Shown one piece after another: positions 16,217 to 20,691 of a stretch of 20,691 bases of DNA. The position numbers were made by a program, and so were the translations under genes. Source of the stretch: Candidatus Heimdallarchaeota archaeon (GTDB lineage: Archaea; Asgardarchaeota; Heimdallarchaeia; Heimdallarchaeales; Heimdallarchaeaceae); NCBI GenBank assembly GCA_030668875.1, contig DAOVER010000050.1:1-20691 (forward strand). The letters are read 5' to 3'. Positions within the stretch are counted from its first letter, which is position 1. Every line of letters starts with the position of its first letter. The notes below the pieces were generated by a model. That model made no database searches. It was not told the DNA's origin and was given only the letters and a program-made list of their open reading frames with translations.

Positions 16217-16238
16217 AAAAGACAATGTTAATATGAAA
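16217..16238 (+). promoter_or_regulatory. Promoter-like motif AAAAGACAATGTTAATATGAAA upstream of the amidohydrolase
   Basis: The TTAATAT core lies about 23-29 nt before ATG 16257, consistent with a leaderless transcript. A 19-nt exact copy occurs at 19978-19996. Confidence 0.55.
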
Positions 16239-16256
16239 GTATGATATAATCAAACC

Positions 16257-17588
16257 ATGAGAGGTGATTTAAAGTATTCCTTGGGTCTTGTAAAAGGATC
16301 AGTATACCGTAATGGACAATTTTATCTCGAAGACATATATATATCTGATCAAAAAATCACCAAAATTATTCCTTCTGGAAGAAACCTTCCATGCAAAAAA
16401 ATTGTAGACTGTTCAAATAAACTAATTTTACCTGGTTTTATTGATCCCCATGTTCATATCAACCTTGATTTGGGTGAATTCAAATCAAGTGATAATTATG
16501 AAAGTGCTTCTACAGCGGCTGCTTTTGGTGGAATTACTACTTTCATCGATTTCCTTGAACCGATTATTACTGTGGATAAATTCAATGAAAAACTTCAGCA
16601 GAAACATAAAGAAGCTGAAACATCATTTATAGACTATAGTTTCCATACAACTGTTGGTAATTTCAAAGATGATGTAGAAAAACTCGTAAAATTATCGATT
16701 GATAATGGTATTCCTTCAATCAAATTATTTACAACATATTCTGAATCAAATCGCAGATGCACATATGAAAAAATCAGAGAGTTTATTGAAATTTCAAGTT
16801 TAACTGACAGTCTTATCCTAATACATACTGAAAATGATGAAATAATAATAAATTCAAATGTAGAAGACCAAATAGCTGTATATGAAAGCTCAAGACCTGC
16901 TAATGCAGAAATCGAAGAAATAGATAAATTAGCAAAAATCGTTTCAGAACTTAAAGGAAGAATCTACTTCGTACATGTCACTTGTGGGTCTTCAATAGAT
17001 CTTCTAAAAGAGAAATACTCTGAGCTTCTGCAACATAATATTTTCATTGAAAGCTGTCCCCAGTATTTCTACCTTACCAAAGAAGTTTACTCTACTGAAA
17101 ATGGGAACTTATTCCTTCTTGCGCCTCCTCTCCGTTCTATAGATGAGCAAGAAAAACTGAAGAAAAATATAGGAATAATAAACACTATTGGAACAGATCA
17201 TGCTCCTTTTACAAAAGAAGAGAAATTAAGATACTCAAAACCGAGCCAAATCCCTAAAGGGCTTGGAAGTTTGGAATATAGTTTTTCACTTATGTATAAT
17301 CTATTTGGGGAAAGTATTATTCCGAAATATACAATCAATCCTGCTGTCATCCACAGTTTATTCCCTAGGAAAGGGATTATCCAAGAAGGATCAGATGCAG
17401 ATTTAGTCATTTTTGACCCAAAGAAGCAATTAATTATTGATTCAGGACATTCTAAATCTGATTATAGTCCTTATGAAGGATCAAAAATAACTGGAGTAGT
17501 TGATTCAACAATACTTAGAGGAGAGTTCCTCGTAGAGAATGGCAAATTTGTTGCATCAAAAAGAGGAATGTTTATCAAAAGAAACTGA
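16257..17588 (+). CDS. Cyclic amidohydrolase, dihydropyrimidinase/D-hydantoinase-like
   Basis: PGFIDPHVH, AAFGGITTFIDF, SIKLFTTY (carboxylated Lys), HTEN, VHVT, ESCPQY, PPLR, GTDHAPF, GSDADLVIFDP, SDYSPYEG. Confidence 0.8.
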   Translation: MRGDLKYSLGLVKGSVYRNGQFYLEDIYISDQKITKIIPSGRNLPCKKIVDCSNKLILPGFIDPHVHINLDLGEFKSSDNYESASTAAAFGGITTFIDFLEPIITVDKFNEKLQQKHKEAETSFIDYSFHTTVGNFKDDVEKLVKLSIDNGIPSIKLFTTYSESNRRCTYEKIREFIEISSLTDSLILIHTENDEIIINSNVEDQIAVYESSRPANAEIEEIDKLAKIVSELKGRIYFVHVTCGSSIDLLKEKYSELLQHNIFIESCPQYFYLTKEVYSTENGNLFLLAPPLRSIDEQEKLKKNIGIINTIGTDHAPFTKEEKLRYSKPSQIPKGLGSLEYSFSLMYNLFGESIIPKYTINPAVIHSLFPRKGIIQEGSDADLVIFDPKKQLIIDSGHSKSDYSPYEGSKITGVVDSTILRGEFLVENGKFVASKRGMFIKRN

Positions 17589-17601
17589 ATTAAATTGTTT
17601 G

Positions 17602-18237
17602 ATGTCATCTGAAGAGGTTAAAGGTTCAATTATACTATTAAATGGAGTCTCGAGTTCAGGGAAGTCAATGATAGCAAATTCATTGCAAGAAATTATGGAT
17701 GAACCTTATCTGATAGTTGGACTAGATAAGTTTTTTCAGTTATACAAAGATGCATTTCCCAAGCGTTTTAACCCAACACCTATTCCAGAAGACATTTCAC
17801 CAGACGAAGGATATGCTTTACTTGAAAAATGCAGTGTTAGGAATAGAAGAAGTTCTACCTTTCACCATTTTTTAGCTGCTTTTTCTAAAGCAGGAAATAA
17901 CATAATTGCTGATACAGTACTTGATACAGAGAATGTATTAAAACAATGTATCAACATTCTAGGTGAGTTTCCAGTTGTATTTGTAGGTGTTCATTGCACT
18001 CTTGAAGAACTAGAAAAAAGAGAACAAGAACGAGGGGATAGAAAACTTGGTTTAGCTAAGATACATTATGATAGAGTTCATGCCCATACCATCTATGATA
18101 TAGAAGTAGATACAACCAACTCCAGTCCAATGGAATGTGCTCAAAAAATTAAAGAAGCTATACTGACAAATCCTGAAGAACTTTCCTTAAAAGCATTGAA
18201 TCAATTAAGAGAAAAGTTGTCTTTTACTAATGGCTAA
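17602..18237 (+). CDS. Chloramphenicol phosphotransferase-like P-loop kinase
   Basis: IILLNGVSSSGKS, VGLDKF, FVGVHC.LEELEKRE..RGDR..GLA, YDIEVDT. ATG 17602 is preferred because the track start at 17539 overlaps the upstream gene. Confidence 0.85.
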   Translation: MSSEEVKGSIILLNGVSSSGKSMIANSLQEIMDEPYLIVGLDKFFQLYKDAFPKRFNPTPIPEDISPDEGYALLEKCSVRNRRSSTFHHFLAAFSKAGNNIIADTVLDTENVLKQCINILGEFPVVFVGVHCTLEELEKREQERGDRKLGLAKIHYDRVHAHTIYDIEVDTTNSSPMECAQKIKEAILTNPEELSLKALNQLREKLSFTNG

Positions 18238-18280
18238 CTTCTCTAAAGTTATACGAGATAGTACATCAGAAGAAGAAGGA

Positions 18281-19306
18281 CTAAGGTTTAATTATAGTTC
18301 TGAAATCAGCATTAAACTCCTTCAACCGATGATGTACTTCATTGATAGCATCAGCTTCTAGAGGAACTGTTTTCGTCACTACTTTACTTAAATCTAATTT
18401 TCCTTGTTCTGCAAGATTAAACAAAAATGGTAGTTCAGATAATAAGTGATCAGAAACGCCAATTATCTCCTTTTCTCTGCAAATTATTTCATATGAGTTG
18501 ATATCAAATGTATCTTTAGTAATGCCTACAAGACCTAATCTACCAAATCTGGCTAAAGATCTTACTCCTTGTTCCATAGTTATTGAGAGACCAATAAGCT
18601 CCAAAGCAACATCAACCCCTTCTCCAGCTGTTAATTCCATTATTTTCTTTACTGGATCATTCTTCTTTGCATTTATTGGAACTGCTCCCATTTCTTTTGC
18701 CGTCTTAAGTTTTCTTGAATCAATATCTATTGCATAAATTACCCTTGCACCAAATATCTTAGCTAATTGCATAGCTGATATTCCTAACCCTCCTAAACCG
18801 AAAATGGCTATGGTTTCTCCTGGTTTGAAGCGAGTTTTTTTAAGAGCATGGAGCGAAGTTGCTGATGAGCACATCATAACAGAAGCATGTTCAAATGAAA
18901 TAGAATCAGGTATTCTGTATATTCCTCTTATAGGCACAGCAATATATTCTGCATACCCTCCATCTACATCTTTCCCTATCATTTTTCCTTGTTCGCAAAA
19001 TTGTTCAGATCCTCTGACACAATATTGACACTTCCCGCATGTAATCATATAATTAAGACAAACTCTTTCACCTAACTGGAAATCAAGCACACATGAACCT
19101 AATTTTTCTATTACACCTGAAACCTCATGTCCCAAAGAGATAGGGCGATAACCGACTGAGGAAACTCCATCTCGATAATGAATATCAGAATGACATATAC
19201 CCGCTGCTTTAATTTTAATTAAGACCTCGTCAGGTTTAGGTACTGGAATTGGTATTTCTCGATTTTCTAAATCTTTGCCGATTTCAATTAACTGAACAGC
19301 TTTCAT
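18281..19306 (-). CDS. Zinc-dependent alcohol dehydrogenase (MDR family)
   Basis: GICHSD, GHE, structural-Zn CGKCQYC...C, GLGGLG. ATG 19306 (MKAVQL) is preferred. Confidence 0.93.
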   Translation of the reverse strand: MKAVQLIEIGKDLENREIPIPVPKPDEVLIKIKAAGICHSDIHYRDGVSSVGYRPISLGHEVSGVIEKLGSCVLDFQLGERVCLNYMITCGKCQYCVRGSEQFCEQGKMIGKDVDGGYAEYIAVPIRGIYRIPDSISFEHASVMMCSSATSLHALKKTRFKPGETIAIFGLGGLGISAMQLAKIFGARVIYAIDIDSRKLKTAKEMGAVPINAKKNDPVKKIMELTAGEGVDVALELIGLSITMEQGVRSLARFGRLGLVGITKDTFDINSYEIICREKEIIGVSDHLLSELPFLFNLAEQGKLDLSKVVTKTVPLEADAINEVHHRLKEFNADFRTIIKP

Positions 19307-19590
19307 GATTCGACCAAACATCTCCCCAAATTAAAGTTTTTTCCCACTTAGAGTTACCTTTCATGAAATGAAACGCAAAAAAAGTAATTCTTAGGATTAT
19401 TTGCTATCAAATTTATCAAGAACTGAGTATTTATTAATAGGTTCCACAATTTTCTATATAAGTTAAAAATTTAAGCGATTGGAGTTTTATTTAATCTTAA
19501 AAAGAGTTAGTAATTTCTGATTGGTATTTTTAATTTGGGTTGAATACACAAAGTATCTCAACCGAACACATAAAATTGGAGTTAATCCAA

Positions 19591-19788
19591 ATGAAAGGAA
19601 CAGTTAAAAGAATAATGTATGAAAAAAACTTTGGTTTTATCAGCATTGAAGGAGAAGAAAAAGACACCTTCTTCCATCGTTCTGGAGTTAAAGAAGACTT
19701 TAATGACATAAGAGATGGAGACGAGGTAGAATTCGATCTTGAAGATACTGACAGAGGACCACAAGCTACAAATATTGTGAAAGTTTAA
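19591..19788 (+). CDS. Cold-shock protein (CspA family)
   Basis: 65 aa: MKGTVKRIM...NFGFI (RNP1), FFHRS (RNP2), VEF.LE...RGPQATNI. GGAG SD lies just upstream of ATG 19591. Confidence 0.95.
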   Translation: MKGTVKRIMYEKNFGFISIEGEEKDTFFHRSGVKEDFNDIRDGDEVEFDLEDTDRGPQATNIVKV

Positions 19789-19818
19789 GATTTCCAATCA
19801 GAATTTTCCCAAGAAACA

Positions 19819-19882
19819 AACTTCAAAGTATCTTTGAAGTTATTAATTGAAACAAAGAATTTTGTTTCATTCCTATTTTTTC
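19819..19882 (+). terminator. Two tandem hairpins plus T-tract downstream of the csp gene
   Basis: AACTTCAAAG-TAT-CTTTGAAGTT (19819-19841), TGAAACAAA-GAAT-TTTGTTTCA (19848-19869), then TTTTTT (19877-19882). Confidence 0.55.
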
Positions 19883-19977
19883 TAGATTTATAGTTTTAGT
19901 GAAATTACTTCTGAAATATATAAAAGGTACCGAATCAACTGAAAAATTAAAAGAATTTTAAATGGATTCATTAAAAT

Positions 19978-19996
19978 AGACAATGTTAATATGAAA
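19978..19996 (+). promoter_or_regulatory. Orphan copy of the promoter-like motif AGACAATGTTAATATGAAA
   Basis: Identical to 16220-16238, but no + strand gene follows it. Confidence 0.45.
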
Positions 19997-20055
19997 TTGC
20001 GATAGAGTCAAATTATAAAAGAGGTAAAATCAAAAAAAGTAAGAACTAGTGAAAA

Positions 20056-20691
20056 CTAGTTCACTTTGGAATTTTTCTTACGAATTCTCATAACCACAAA
20101 CACTAAAACAGAAGTAGCAAGTATCAAACTTGAAACAATAACGAATTCGTGTAATATCGGAAGTTTATATTCAATGTATTCACAGTTTGAATGAGTGCTG
20201 TTTCTTAACCCATCACTAGCTACAATCACATAGAAGTAGCAACCTTCTGAGGGAAGGATGTCGTCATAGGAAATTAAGCCAACTGTGGAAATTGGAGTTA
20301 ACCCTTCAACTGACCAGATATACGAAGTTGAACGGTAGATATAATATTCTGTCGCCCCATTAACACTATCCCATACTAAAGAGATACTGCTTATCTCTGT
20401 AGGATTAGGTAGAATAGGGGATAGTTCAGGAGAATCAAGGTCAGGAACACTCACTTCTACGTATTGACAATTAGAATGTGAACTGTTCCCTGCAAAATTT
20501 TCAGCAATAACAACATAGTAGTAGAATCCTTCAGAAGGCAAAGTATCGACATAGTCACTAGAAGAAACAGTAGCAAGGAGTAAGAGTCCTTCAACAGACC
20601 AGATGTAAGAGGTTGAACGATAAACATAGTAAGTGGTTGCTCCAAGTACATTATTCCAATCTAGATTTACAGTATCAAGTTCAGTTGGATT
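20056..20691 (-). CDS. Fibronectin type III repeat surface protein with C-terminal TM anchor; 5'-partial
   Basis: The frame is open from the window edge: NPTELDTVNLDWNNVLGATTYYVYRSTSYIWSVEG... repeats with a 285-nt (95-aa) period as NPTEISSISLVWDSVNGATEYYIYRSTSYIWSVEG. It ends in a TM helix plus RIRKK. The track start at 20541 is an internal TTG. Confidence 0.88.
   Translation of the reverse strand, partial: NPTELDTVNLDWNNVLGATTYYVYRSTSYIWSVEGLLLLATVSSSDYVDTLPSEGFYYYVVIAENFAGNSSHSNCQYVEVSVPDLDSPELSPILPNPTEISSISLVWDSVNGATEYYIYRSTSYIWSVEGLTPISTVGLISYDDILPSEGCYFYVIVASDGLRNSTHSNCEYIEYKLPILHEFVIVSSLILATSVLVFVVMRIRKKNSKVN

Noticed and set aside
13604-17588. pyrB plus dihydroorotase as de novo pyrimidine biosynthesis
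   Set aside because: The PyrB-like protein lacks R229/K84 equivalents and is operonic with carbamate kinase. The amidohydrolase motifs look more like dihydropyrimidinase, and no other pyr gene is nearby.
17539-17601. N-terminal extension of the CPT-like kinase overlapping the hydantoinase by 50 nt; similar upstream extensions at 2344, 19321 and 19540
   Set aside because: Downstream ATGs (17602, 2383, 19306, 19591) fit the family starts or SD positions better and avoid overlaps.
1619-20651. Short ORF-track ORFs lying antisense to or overlapping the called genes (e.g. 1619-1954, 5294-5614, 12057-12326, 13350-13664, 18498-18737, 20457-20651)
   Set aside because: They are shadow frames of well-supported genes with no recognisable motifs.
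1-20691. tRNA, rRNA or CRISPR arrays
   Set aside because: None were recognisable. Intergenic regions are short and AT-rich with no cloverleaf or regularly spaced repeats.

Overview
AT-rich prokaryotic DNA, most consistent with an Asgard (Heimdallarchaeia-like) archaeon. This is an inference from TATA/BRE-like promoters, several surface proteins with a C-terminal TM helix plus basic tail, and a membrane zinc-ribbon protein. From left to right: a partial IS200/IS605 tnpB (missed by the ORF track); a + strand cluster (APC permease, DinB-family, TIGR04076-family, MocA-like, Se-dependent-XDH-family molybdoenzyme); two surface/secreted-protein cassettes; a - strand operon of two atypical transcarbamylases plus carbamate kinase; flavin reductase; membrane zinc ribbon; hydantoinase-like amidohydrolase; CPT-like kinase; Zn-ADH; cold-shock protein; and a partial FN3 surface protein. 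Two results stand out. (1) The 3' end of the carbamate kinase gene occurs three times (11648-11738 live, 9921-10011, 6513-6550), and the copies bracket the surface-protein cassettes, suggesting serial integrase-less cassette accretion at a protein-gene 3' end. (2) The metabolic genes resemble the bacterial anaerobic purine-degradation (xdh/hyuA/ygeW/yqeA) cluster, but with a second, ATCase-like transcarbamylase that has lost its aspartate beta-carboxylate-binding residues. All alignments, translations and counts were done by hand; no database searches were run.
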